From the NCBI GenBank assembly GCA_040766665.1, contig JAXGQD010000006.1:83093-147092 (forward strand): DNA of 64,000 nt. The letters are read 5' to 3'. The notes under the pieces are model-generated. The model saw nothing but the letters and a program-made list of their open reading frames with translations. It did not search any database and had not been told where the DNA came from. Origin of the DNA: Oscillospiraceae bacterium (GTDB lineage Bacteria; Bacillota; Clostridia; Saccharofermentanales; Fastidiosipilaceae). Made by a program: the position numbers and the translations under genes. Of the stretch, positions 37,151-46,199 are shown in pieces (position 1 is the stretch's first letter; every line of letters begins with the position of its first letter).

Positions 37151-38527
37151 ATGGTACTTAACAATACGGCACAAACAGCCGAGCGGCTCTCGATAGCCAA
37201 GCAAGAGGAGAAGCCTCACCACGTCCTCAAAGCCCTGACCCTGCTGTCCGGACTGGCAGCCTTGGTTTTGCTGTTCCTGCCTTGGTTAGAGATTAATATC
37301 GCCGGCTACGGGCTGAAAGCCGGGCTTTTACAATTGATACTACAAAGTTTTAGCATCGGCGGCGTGGTCGTCTCGGTGCCTTTTTTGGCAAAAGCCAGCC
37401 TCGTCATCAGTTTGCTCGCCTTGCTGCTCGGTCTGGTATTCTTCCTGTTGAAGAAATACCTAATCAGCGGTTTCGCTGCTTTGGTCGCAGTTTTTGCCCT
37501 TATCATAAGTGGTGCCGTATTAGCCCCTCTAAACAGCAGCCTTCAGGAAGCCGCGGGTGTAAGTTTGGGCATCGGTGAAAAGGCTTATCATATCGGGACC
37601 TTTCAGTCGCTGGCCTTTCTGGCGCTCTTGATTTTCACGGTTTGCGCCTTTTTATTGTATTCGGCTGAGCGTTTTGCCCAGAAGCTCTTCATGGTCTCCG
37701 CGCTGATTTCCATCGCCATGGTTTTTCTGATCACCGCTTATCTGCTCGCCTTGGGCTTGCCCGCCATTCTGAAAATCGGACCACTGGATTTCCTCTTTGG
37801 CACGAACTGGGCACCGACCCATTCCAAGAACCCGCAGTTCGGGATTTTGAACATGGTGCTGGCCTCCATTTTCGGGACTTTCGGCGCGGTTTTGCTGGGT
37901 GTGCCTATCGGTATTTTTACGGCCATTTTTTTGGCGGAGATTGCGCCCAAATGGTTGCGCAACATTGTGCGGCCTGCGGTTGAACTTCTAGCCGGTATCC
38001 CCTCCGTTATTTACGGCTTTTTCGCTCTACAGCTGATTGTGCCGGCGGTGCAAAAAATCTTCAAGCTGCCTTCCGGTGCGACCTTGCTTTCGGCTATTCT
38101 GGTTTTGGCCATCATGATTTTGCCGACGATTGTCACCACAGCTGAGACCGGTCTAAGAGCCGTTCCGGAAATTTATAAAGAAGCCTCGCTCGCTTTGGGC
38201 GCCTCGCATATTCGCACCATTTTTAAAGTGCTTTTGCCCGCAGCCCGCGCCACGGTCCTGTCCGGGGTAATCCTGGGTGTGGGCCGAGCCATCGGTGAGA
38301 CGATGGCCATCATCATGGTGGCGGGGGGCATGGCCAAATTCCCGACCATCCTGGGCAGTGTCAGACCTTTGACTGTCGGTATCGTTATGGAGATGTCCTA
38401 TGCCGCAGGCTTACATCGCGAGTCGCTTTTTGCCATAGGCCTGGTGCTCTTTGTCTTCATTATGATTGTCAACATCAGCTTCACCAAGCTATCCAAACAG
38501 GGGGTACAGATGGATGCAAAAGAATAA
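37151..38527 (+). CDS. pstC: Phosphate ABC transporter permease PstC with an N-terminal membrane extension of about 150 aa
   Basis: The C-terminal ~300 aa are PstC-like (..PSVIYGFFAL.., EAA-loop-like ..EASLALGAS..). Extra hydrophobic helices precede this core. Confidence 0.85.
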   Translation: MVLNNTAQTAERLSIAKQEEKPHHVLKALTLLSGLAALVLLFLPWLEINIAGYGLKAGLLQLILQSFSIGGVVVSVPFLAKASLVISLLALLLGLVFFLLKKYLISGFAALVAVFALIISGAVLAPLNSSLQEAAGVSLGIGEKAYHIGTFQSLAFLALLIFTVCAFLLYSAERFAQKLFMVSALISIAMVFLITAYLLALGLPAILKIGPLDFLFGTNWAPTHSKNPQFGILNMVLASIFGTFGAVLLGVPIGIFTAIFLAEIAPKWLRNIVRPAVELLAGIPSVIYGFFALQLIVPAVQKIFKLPSGATLLSAILVLAIMILPTIVTTAETGLRAVPEIYKEASLALGASHIRTIFKVLLPAARATVLSGVILGVGRAIGETMAIIMVAGGMAKFPTILGSVRPLTVGIVMEMSYAAGLHRESLFAIGLVLFVFIMIVNISFTKLSKQGVQMDAKE

Positions 38528-39413
38528 CGATACGGTCAAAGCCGTCCCTTTCAAGCCTTCGTTTGTAGGCGGGCAAAGACATCACCGCGCGGCTGAAAAC
38601 TTCCAAAAAGCGCTGATTTGGATTTCCGCATTTATCACGGTGGCAATCCTTGCGGCTATCCTGATTTATATTTTGGGAAATGGAATTCCGCAGATTAACT
38701 GGACCTTCCTCAGCACGCCATACAGCCCCAGTGGCAGCGAGCAGGGGATTTTGCCGATGATCATCAACACCCTGTACATGGTCATTTTGACCCTGCTGAT
38801 CGCGACACCGCTCAGTCTGGCCACAGCAATTTATCTGACGCAGTATGCCAAGCCCGGCAAAATGCTCGACGCCATCCGTTTCACCACCGAAGTCCTGGCT
38901 GGCATCCCCTCCATTCTTTTTGGTTTGGTCGGTTTCGCGGTCTTATCGGTGACCTTCCAAATGGGTTACTCCATTCTCGCCGGTTCGCTGACCATGACGA
39001 TTATGGTTTTGCCGCTGATTGTGCGCACCACGGAAGAAGCTCTTCTGGCTGTCCCCACGACTTACAGCGAGGGAGCCTTGGCTTTAGGTGCCAACAAGTT
39101 GCGCGTCATCTGGACTATCCTCTTGCCCTCGGCCATGCCTGGTATCCTCACTGCCGTCATCTTGGCGATGGGCCGTGTGGTCGGTGAATCCGCGGCACTG
39201 ATATTTACCCTGGGCATGGGTTTCCGCATGCCGGAAGCGGTGCTGGGTCACATCATGGATTCCGGGCGCACGCTGACACTGCACCTCTACACCTTGTTCA
39301 GTACCGGTCTTTCGCTCGATCAAGCCTTTGGCACAGCCGCAGTTCTTTTGATCCTGGTCTTCCTGCTCAATCTGGCTGCAAATTCGCTGACCAAACTTTT
39401 TAAGAAAGACTAA
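38514..39413 (+). CDS. pstA: Phosphate ABC transporter permease PstA
   Basis: ATG at 38514 overlaps the pstC end. Permease with ..EGALALGANKLR.. EAA loop. Confidence 0.85.
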   Translation: MQKNNDTVKAVPFKPSFVGGQRHHRAAENFQKALIWISAFITVAILAAILIYILGNGIPQINWTFLSTPYSPSGSEQGILPMIINTLYMVILTLLIATPLSLATAIYLTQYAKPGKMLDAIRFTTEVLAGIPSILFGLVGFAVLSVTFQMGYSILAGSLTMTIMVLPLIVRTTEEALLAVPTTYSEGALALGANKLRVIWTILLPSAMPGILTAVILAMGRVVGESAALIFTLGMGFRMPEAVLGHIMDSGRTLTLHLYTLFSTGLSLDQAFGTAAVLLILVFLLNLAANSLTKLFKKD

Positions 39414-39511
39414 ACTGAGCATACAAGCGTGCGAATCAGCACGAAACAAAAGAGATAAACCCCGTGCCCGGCGTAAGCGGGCACGATGCACGAATAATTG
39501 GGAGCAAAACA

Positions 39512-40309
39512 ATGACGCAAGTGACGATGCAGCAAGCGAGCAATTTTGAGACGGCCACGAAAGCCGTTGAAATCGAGAAGCTCAATCTTTTCTATACCGA
39601 TTTCCAAGCTTTGAAAGACATTAGCATGGATGTGGCCGAACACCAGGTCACTGCCATGATTGGGCCTTCCGGCTGTGGTAAATCGACCTGTCTAAAAACC
39701 ATCAACCGTATGAACGACCTCATCGAGGGATGTCGCATTGAGGGTTTGGTAAAGGTCGCAGGGACAGATATCTACGATCCGCAGGTCGATGTTTCGCTGC
39801 TACGTAAATCGGTCGGCATGGTCTTTCAGAAGCCAAATCCGTTCCCCATGTCCATCTATGAAAACATCGCCTATGGACCGCGCACCCACGGGATCAGCGG
39901 GAAAGAAGAGCTGGATCAGATCGTTGAAGAAAGTCTGAGACAGGCTGCTTTATGGGATGAAGTCAAAGATCGACTCAAAAAATCCGCGCTTGGAATTTCA
40001 GGCGGTCAGCAGCAGCGCCTTTGCATCGCCCGTGCCTTAGCTGTGGAACCCAAAGTCTTGCTGATGGACGAACCGACCTCCGCTTTGGACCCAATTTCGA
40101 CCCTGAAGATTGAGGATTTGATGCTTGAGTTGAAGGAGAAATACACCATCCTGATTGTGACCCACAACATGCAGCAGGCCGGTCGTGTCGCCGACCGCAC
40201 CGCCTTCTTTTATTTGGGCGAACTGATAGAGTATGATGAGACGGTAGTGATGTTTAACAATCCCCATGACAAACGCACCGAAGACTACATCAGTGGTCGT
40301 TTCGGCTGA
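39512..40309 (+). CDS. pstB: Phosphate ABC transporter ATP-binding protein PstB
   Basis: Walker [10 protein letters not shown], signature ISGGQQQR, Walker [10 protein letters not shown] trimmed the start to ATG at 39512. Confidence 0.9.
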   Translation: MTQVTMQQASNFETATKAVEIEKLNLFYTDFQALKDISMDVAEHQVTAMIGPSGCGKSTCLKTINRMNDLIEGCRIEGLVKVAGTDIYDPQVDVSLLRKSVGMVFQKPNPFPMSIYENIAYGPRTHGISGKEELDQIVEESLRQAALWDEVKDRLKKSALGISGGQQQRLCIARALAVEPKVLLMDEPTSALDPISTLKIEDLMLELKEKYTILIVTHNMQQAGRVADRTAFFYLGELIEYDETVVMFNNPHDKRTEDYISGRFG

Positions 40310-40427
40310 GTTTTGCCCCTGATAAGATGAGCCGGTCAGACCGGTATTTGAAAGAGAAGACGGAGCGGCTTTTGCCCCTAATATAAGGGCTGGCCCTCAG
40401 CAGATTTGATAAGAAGAGGTAATACAT

Positions 40428-41114
40428 ATGACCCGTATGGCATTGGACCGAGAGATGAACACGCTGCACACCGACATCGCGATCTTAGCGGCAAAAGTGG
40501 AAAGTATCATGCAGGATACCATCCTCACCCTCAAGCACCAGGATAAAGAACTCGCGATCAGAATTTTTGAGAATGATTCCACCATCAATGCTTCGCAGAA
40601 CCGCATTGAGCAGCAGTGTGTCAATATTATCGCGCTGCAACAGCCCCTGGCTTCCGACCTGCGCGATATTACCGCCAGTCTGAAAATGGTGACGGATATC
40701 GAACGGGTGGCGGACCAGTGCGCCGACATCTGCGAAATCGTGGCGACTTACCCCGAATTGAACCGCATGGCCACGCCCGCCGATGTCCTGACCATGTTCG
40801 ACAAGGCCAGAGAAATGTTTTCCGAAGCGGTTGATTCTTTTGTGAGAAAAGACAATATGCAGGCCTCTGATGTACGTGCCAAAGATGATGCGGTGGATGC
40901 ACTCTTCTCCAAGGTCATCATGGAAATGTCCGGGCTCTTGGCTGAGGACAAGTCATTTATCTCGCAAGCCACCGACTATATGTTTATTGCAAAATACATC
41001 GAGCGCATGGCCGATCACGCCACGAACATCGCCGAATGGACGATTTACGCGGTGACCGGTGAACACAAAAACATGAGCAGCAAACTGCTGGGCAGTCAGC
41101 CAAAGCTCGGCTGA
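40428..41114 (+). CDS. phoU: Phosphate signalling complex protein PhoU
   Basis: 228 aa with two PhoU repeats (..DIERVADQC.., ..YIERMADHATNIAE..). Confidence 0.9.
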   Translation: MTRMALDREMNTLHTDIAILAAKVESIMQDTILTLKHQDKELAIRIFENDSTINASQNRIEQQCVNIIALQQPLASDLRDITASLKMVTDIERVADQCADICEIVATYPELNRMATPADVLTMFDKAREMFSEAVDSFVRKDNMQASDVRAKDDAVDALFSKVIMEMSGLLAEDKSFISQATDYMFIAKYIERMADHATNIAEWTIYAVTGEHKNMSSKLLGSQPKLG

Positions 41115-41186
41115 TTATTGAACGTTCGCACAGATTCGAGACATCCTCATGGATTACAGACAGCGCAGTAGTGGAGGGAAGACGCT

Positions 41187-41894
41187 ATGCCCTTGGTTTA
41201 TATAGTAGATGACGAAGCCAATATCAGGCGCCTGGCCTCGTTAGCCTTACAGGACTTCGGTATGGAAACGGAGACTTTCGGTGACGGACAGGCCTTTATG
41301 ACGGCAGTGAAACGCAAACTGCCGGATTTAGCCATCATCGACTGGATGATGCCGCCACCCGACGGTCTGCAACTTTGCCGCGAACTGCGCGCTGCCCCCG
41401 AAACCCGTTCTTTGCCGATTATCATGCTGACAGCCAGAACCGATGAAACCGACAAAGTCCTGGGCTTAGAGATGGGCGCGGATGACTACATCAGTAAACC
41501 TTTCGGTGTTAAAGAATTGCCTGCCCGTGTCCGAGCCTTATTGCGCCGGCAAAAGCTGGCCCACGAATCAGGCACGGATCTGCTGGAACAGGGGCCGCTG
41601 AAGCTTTATCCTTCGCGCCGCCGCGTCAGCAAACGCGGTCAGGACATCAATTTGACTCAAAAAGAATTTGATCTCTTGGCTCAGCTGATGCGTTACCCCG
41701 GCCAGGTCTTTACCCGGGAAATGCTTTTGGATCGCATCTGGCAAACCGATTTCTTCGGAGATACCCGCACTGTAGACGTGCATATCCGTTATCTGCGCCA
41801 GAAACTGGAGGATGAGGCCAATAACCCCAGCATGATTTTGACCGTGCGCGGGGTGGGCTATTGTTTTGCCGAGGATCTGGAACTTGAAGACTAA
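41187..41894 (+). CDS. OmpR/PhoB-family response regulator
   Basis: Receiver domain (..DLAIIDWMMP..) and a winged-helix output domain (..TVRGVGY..). Adjacent to the pst genes and a PhoR-like kinase. Confidence 0.9.
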   Translation: MPLVYIVDDEANIRRLASLALQDFGMETETFGDGQAFMTAVKRKLPDLAIIDWMMPPPDGLQLCRELRAAPETRSLPIIMLTARTDETDKVLGLEMGADDYISKPFGVKELPARVRALLRRQKLAHESGTDLLEQGPLKLYPSRRRVSKRGQDINLTQKEFDLLAQLMRYPGQVFTREMLLDRIWQTDFFGDTRTVDVHIRYLRQKLEDEANNPSMILTVRGVGYCFAEDLELED

Positions 41895-41939
41895 GCGCTC
41901 CGGCAGTTACAATCAGAAAAAAGATACGTGAAGGCTAGG

Positions 41940-43415
41940 ATGCGCAAACGTATAATCAAAACTTATATGTTAGCAATCGGGGCGAGCTTTGTGCTCTCCC
42001 TTTTAATAAGCGTGCTCCTGCTGCTCACCTATTACGAGCGTGGGCGCACTTTTTTGATTCAGACTGTATTGTTGACATTTGTCTTCTGCACACTTGCGGG
42101 CCTCTGGGTCGCCTATCTCATCGGTGCCAATCTCGCCAAGACGTATACCTTATCCATTCGCAGTATCAGCAATAAGGCGCGCGATATTACCACTTCAGCG
42201 GCAAAATACTCCGCCATGATCGAAAGCGAAATCCGCTGGGAAGGCTTAAATCTACCCTCCGAAGATCTCCTCCAATTAGAGGAACAGGATCCTGACGACG
42301 AACTGCGCAGTCTGGACCGCTCCTTTCGCCTGATGGCGGGCTATCTCCAACAAGTGAACATGGCCTTGCTGCGCAGCAATGCCCAATTACAGGCGGTCTT
42401 GCGCAATATGGAAGAAGGCATTCTTAGTTTTGATAATGACGGCAATGTCTTGCTTTTAACAGACCGCAGTCTTGCCTTTTTGGGCGAGGCACAGAAAAAG
42501 AAGCAACGCCTGGCTTTATTAGGGCAAAACTACGCGCGGCTGGATCAGGAAATCGAGCGCCTGCGTGAGCGGGACTTGCCTTTTGCCTTTGAAATGCAGA
42601 CGACCTACCCCGAAGAAAGGGTGCTGGGTGTATATGTGACGACCCTGCAAGGGCTGAAGGAACTGCCTCAGAATCACGCAGGCATGCTCATTGTGCTGCA
42701 GGATCTGACGCGCCTGAAACAGTTGGAGCAGATGCGCAAGGAGTTTGTGGCCAACGTGACGCACGAGCTGAAGACACCGCTGACTTCGATCTGCGGCTAT
42801 ACGGAGCTCCTGCGCAGTTCCGAACGCGATGCAGAAACGCGGGCAGCCTTCTATGAAATCATCTCCATTGAGGCGGATCGTCTGATGAGCCTGATTCAGG
42901 ATTTGCTGGCCTTGTCCGAACTGGAGCAAAGGCCGAATCTTGCCGCGGTCAAGGAGAGCTGCGCTTTAGCACCTGTGGCTGAGGCGGTATTCGCGAAACT
43001 ACAACCTCTGGCGGATGAAAAAAAGATTGAGTTGATTCTTGACCTGGCCGATGATCTGCGCGTTCCGGGTAAGCCGGAGCAGCACCATCAGATTCTCAGC
43101 AATTTGATCAGTAACGGCATTGTTTACAACAATCCCGGCGGTTTTGTCAGGCTCAGTGCCTATGTCGAGCGTGATTTACTGATTTACAGGGTGGAGGACA
43201 ACGGTATCGGTATCGCCAAACAGGATCAGGAGCGCATTTTCGAGCGTTTTTACCGTGTGCACAAGGAGCGTTCGCGTTTTCTGGGTGGCACGGGCTTGGG
43301 TTTGTCGATTGTGAAACACATGGTGCAAATGCTGGGCGGTACGCTGCGCCTGGATTCGGAATTTGGTCAGGGCTCCAGCTTCAGTATTCTCTTTCCGCTG
43401 GTGGAGGAACCGTGA
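41940..43415 (+). CDS. PhoR-like sensor histidine kinase
   Basis: TM helices, H-box HELKTPLTSI, N-box, and G2 GGTGLGLSIV. I chose ATG at 41940 after GAAGG; the track start is a GTG at 41928. Confidence 0.85.
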   Translation: MRKRIIKTYMLAIGASFVLSLLISVLLLLTYYERGRTFLIQTVLLTFVFCTLAGLWVAYLIGANLAKTYTLSIRSISNKARDITTSAAKYSAMIESEIRWEGLNLPSEDLLQLEEQDPDDELRSLDRSFRLMAGYLQQVNMALLRSNAQLQAVLRNMEEGILSFDNDGNVLLLTDRSLAFLGEAQKKKQRLALLGQNYARLDQEIERLRERDLPFAFEMQTTYPEERVLGVYVTTLQGLKELPQNHAGMLIVLQDLTRLKQLEQMRKEFVANVTHELKTPLTSICGYTELLRSSERDAETRAAFYEIISIEADRLMSLIQDLLALSELEQRPNLAAVKESCALAPVAEAVFAKLQPLADEKKIELILDLADDLRVPGKPEQHHQILSNLISNGIVYNNPGGFVRLSAYVERDLLIYRVEDNGIGIAKQDQERIFERFYRVHKERSRFLGGTGLGLSIVKHMVQMLGGTLRLDSEFGQGSSFSILFPLVEEP

Positions 43416-43429
43416 GTTTTGGTGTGGCT

Positions 43430-43505
43430 CGTCGCGTTGCTTGGGCCGGTTGCGACTCCGCTCAGGAATTGGATCGTCGCAGGGCTCGGACGGCTGCGAC
43501 TCCGC
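43430..43505. repeat. REP-like GC-rich hairpin units (2 copies)
   Basis: CGTCGCGTTGCTTGGGCCGGTTGCGACTCCGC (43430-43461) and CGTCGCAGGGCTCGGACGGCTGCGACTCCGC (43475-43505). Confidence 0.8.
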
Positions 43506-43533
43506 CTTTGCTCTAGTGGACTAGGGATTTTGG

Positions 43534-43734
43534 CTACAGTTTTTACGTTTGTTACAAAAATTTTATTCGAAAAGCTCTTCAAATCACATGATTTCAGGGT
43601 TTTTACTACATTTTTGACGATTCTGCAAAGTGACGTTTGTCGAAACGAAAAAACTGTAGTTGAAATCCCAGACTGACAGTGCGAGAGCCTCGATTCAGAC
43701 TCGGGTGTTTGTACAAACGTAAAAACTGCAGTAG
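43534..43734. repeat. 201-bp long-palindromic intergenic element, flavour A, copy 1
   Basis: Outer arms CTACAGTTTTTACGTTTGTTACAAA (43534-43558) and TTTGTACAAACGTAAAAACTGCAGTAG (43708-43734). Inner motifs at 43606-43629 and 43636-43659. The centre is near 43634. Confidence 0.85.
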
Positions 43735-43754
43735 CGGTAGGGGGTTCTGAATCC

Positions 43755-43825
43755 TGTCGCAATGCTTGGGCGGCTGCGACACCGCTAAAAGAACCGTCGC
43801 ATTGCCCAGACGGCTGCGACACCGC
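43755..43825. repeat. REP-like GC-rich hairpin units (2 copies)
   Basis: TGTCGCAATGCTTGGGCGGCTGCGACACCGC (43755-43785) and CGTCGCATTGCCCAGACGGCTGCGACACCGC (43795-43825). Confidence 0.8.
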
Positions 43826-44138
43826 TCAATTCTTCCAGCAATCACGGTGGAACACGGCAAAATTTTGCCGAATCTTGCCCCGGGCAGTTTTTGCTGACGC
43901 GCATTGTCTACTGGTCCGAAAAACAAAGCTCAGCGAATGAAAGTCACAAACAGCAGCAAACGAAAGCCACAAATGCAGTAGCGCAGAAGCTGCAGAAATT
44001 CGCTAGATTAACGCTGTTTTTTCCACGTAGAGGCCTGCCGATTTATGATAAGATGAGTGTTAGCAAACTCGAGGGGCTTTATTTGATTTTGCCATTGTGC
44101 CTCAGGCTTGCGGAATGAGAAGAATGTGAGGGCTGAAC

Positions 44139-45051
44139 ATGTCTGTACCGACATTGGAAATAAAAGAACTAAGCTGTAAAGTGGAGCAGAAAACCATTAT
44201 CAAGGGCGTCAACTTGACGCTGCGCGGTGGTGAAATTCATGTCATCATGGGGCCGAATGGCACCGGAAAATCAACGCTGGCTTCTGTTTTAATGGGACAT
44301 CCCAATTTTAAAGTGACGGGCGGCGAGGCGCTGTTGAATGGCGCGGACCTCTTGTCCATGAGCGTTGATGAACGTGCGCGAGCCGGCGCTTTTGGCTATG
44401 CAGTATCCGGCGGAGATTTCCGGCATTACCAATGCGGAATTTCTGAGGGCGGCTGTGAATGCCGGCAAGGATGCCGAGCAGAGCATGGGGCTTTTTCCTT
44501 TCAGACGCGCGATGCGTGAGGCGGTTGAGCAGCTCGAGATGAACGAAAGTTTACCGGAACGCTACCTGAATGAAGGCTTTTCCGGGGGCGAGAAGAAGCG
44601 CAATGAGATTTTGCAGATGCTGATGCTGAAGCCGGCTTTTGCCATTTTGGACGAAATCGATTCGGGCTTGGACATCGACGCGCTGCGTATTGTGGGTCAA
44701 AACGTGACCCGACTGGCGCAGGAGCAGGGTGATGCGATGGGCGTATTGCTGATTACGCATTATCAACGTCTTTTGGATTATGTCCGGCCACATTTTGTCC
44801 ATGTCATGATGGGCGGCCGCATCGTCTACAGCGGTGGTCCCGAATTGGCTTTGAGACTGGAACGCGACGGCTATGATTGGCTGCACCGCGAATTGGGCTT
44901 ACCGGATGATGTAGGTGACAGTGCTTTTGAAGATGAGATTGAAGACCCGGTGGCGGCACCGGCGGCTGATGCCGCTGAGACGGCAACGCTGAGCGAGGAG
45001 AAAGAAATCTTCTCCGACGGTCTCGATATTTTGTTTTATGTGCGCATATGA
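44139..45051 (+). pseudogene. sufC: Fe-S cluster assembly ATPase SufC, frameshifted as assembled
   Basis: Walker [10 protein letters not shown] in frame 1. ..[13 protein letters not shown].., the signature FSGGEKKR and Walker B ILDEIDSG are in frame 2. The frame change is at about 44388-44394, next to a T4 run. Confidence 0.85.
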
Positions 45052-46199
45052 AAAAACTGCAAAATATTCTCGAGGAATGGGAGCTGCAGTGTGCGGCCGG
45101 TATCAGCCTGAAGATGGGCGTGTCCGGTTTTGATGCGACGCTTTTGCCCTGTAGTGACGAAAAAGGACTTTTGCCTTTACATCGCCTTAGTACATTGAAC
45201 GAAGTGAAACTCGGAAACGATAACCTGATGTTAATCGGTAAACTGGCTTACCGTCGCCTGAGTGACGGCAGTCAACCGACGGCTGAAGAAGTGGCGGAAA
45301 ATCTGCGCCTCTTTACGCAGGAGAAGGTGGAAATCAAAAAGCCCCAGAGCCCGGTTTTGCCGGTTTCAGGGGTCTACGCCAAATCCGTTTTACAAGTAAA
45401 AACGGAGGCGAATATTGATGACCCGATTGTGGTCATGATGAACAGTTCCCTGAAAGGGGAACTGCATCTAAAACTCAGCATTAAGAAAGGGGCGCGCGCC
45501 AAAGTGGTGGTCTTCAGTCAACTGGACGTGACTTCCGCACAGTGCATCCAGCTTGTACAAGAGGCCAATAGCCGTCTGGAGCTGGTGTGGATTCCTCTGC
45601 AGACAACCGCTGAGTCCTATTTGGCCTTGAATGCGCAGTTGGATCACGACGCGAATCTGACATTGCATCAGCCCTGTCTCGATCAGAATGTGTACTTCAG
45701 CAATATCATCCATCAGCTGGGCGACAGGAGCAAGGTCGTCACCTATGCGGCAGCCTTCGGTGAGGGCAGTGATCGCAAACGTATTGAGACAAGTATTAAG
45801 TCGAGTGGCAAAAAGTCCTTCTCACGCATCAACAACAAGGCAGTTTTAGCTGATCATGCGGAATGCCGTTTCTACGGCCGCCAAATCATCGAAAAAAGCG
45901 CCACGGATGCGGACTCCTATCAGGAAGCCCGTTTTCTGGTCCTGGATGAAAGCGTGAAAGCGCACAATCACCCCGTCATGGTGATTGACAATAACGAGTT
46001 GGCCGCCGGTCATGCCGCTTCCGTGGGCAGTCTGGACGAAGAGCAGCTTTTCTACCTCTTAAGCCGCGGTTTGAGCCGTGGTTTGGCAGAACGCCTGATG
46101 TCGCAAGCCTATCTCAAGCCAAGCATTGAAGAAATCAGTATCGGAGCCCTCAGCAGCTACCTTGCGGATAACCTAGTAAAGAAAGTCGAGCAAGCTTAA
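45048..46199 (+). CDS. sufD: Fe-S cluster assembly protein SufD
   Basis: 383 aa with the C-terminal beta-helix-type SufD region (..AAGHAASVGSLDEEQLFYLLSRGL..). Position in the suf operon. Confidence 0.85.
   Translation: MKKLQNILEEWELQCAAGISLKMGVSGFDATLLPCSDEKGLLPLHRLSTLNEVKLGNDNLMLIGKLAYRRLSDGSQPTAEEVAENLRLFTQEKVEIKKPQSPVLPVSGVYAKSVLQVKTEANIDDPIVVMMNSSLKGELHLKLSIKKGARAKVVVFSQLDVTSAQCIQLVQEANSRLELVWIPLQTTAESYLALNAQLDHDANLTLHQPCLDQNVYFSNIIHQLGDRSKVVTYAAAFGEGSDRKRIETSIKSSGKKSFSRINNKAVLADHAECRFYGRQIIEKSATDADSYQEARFLVLDESVKAHNHPVMVIDNNELAAGHAASVGSLDEEQLFYLLSRGLSRGLAERLMSQAYLKPSIEEISIGALSSYLADNLVKKVEQA

Noticed and set aside
43416-43860. Possible CRISPR array (repeated ~31-nt units with spacers); the same question applies at 32.2, 53.5 and 62.0 kb
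   Set aside because: Only two units occur per side, at irregular 40-46-nt spacing. The units are imperfect, no cas genes are present, and the 'spacers' are themselves repeated at other loci. This is better described as REP-like units plus palindromic elements.
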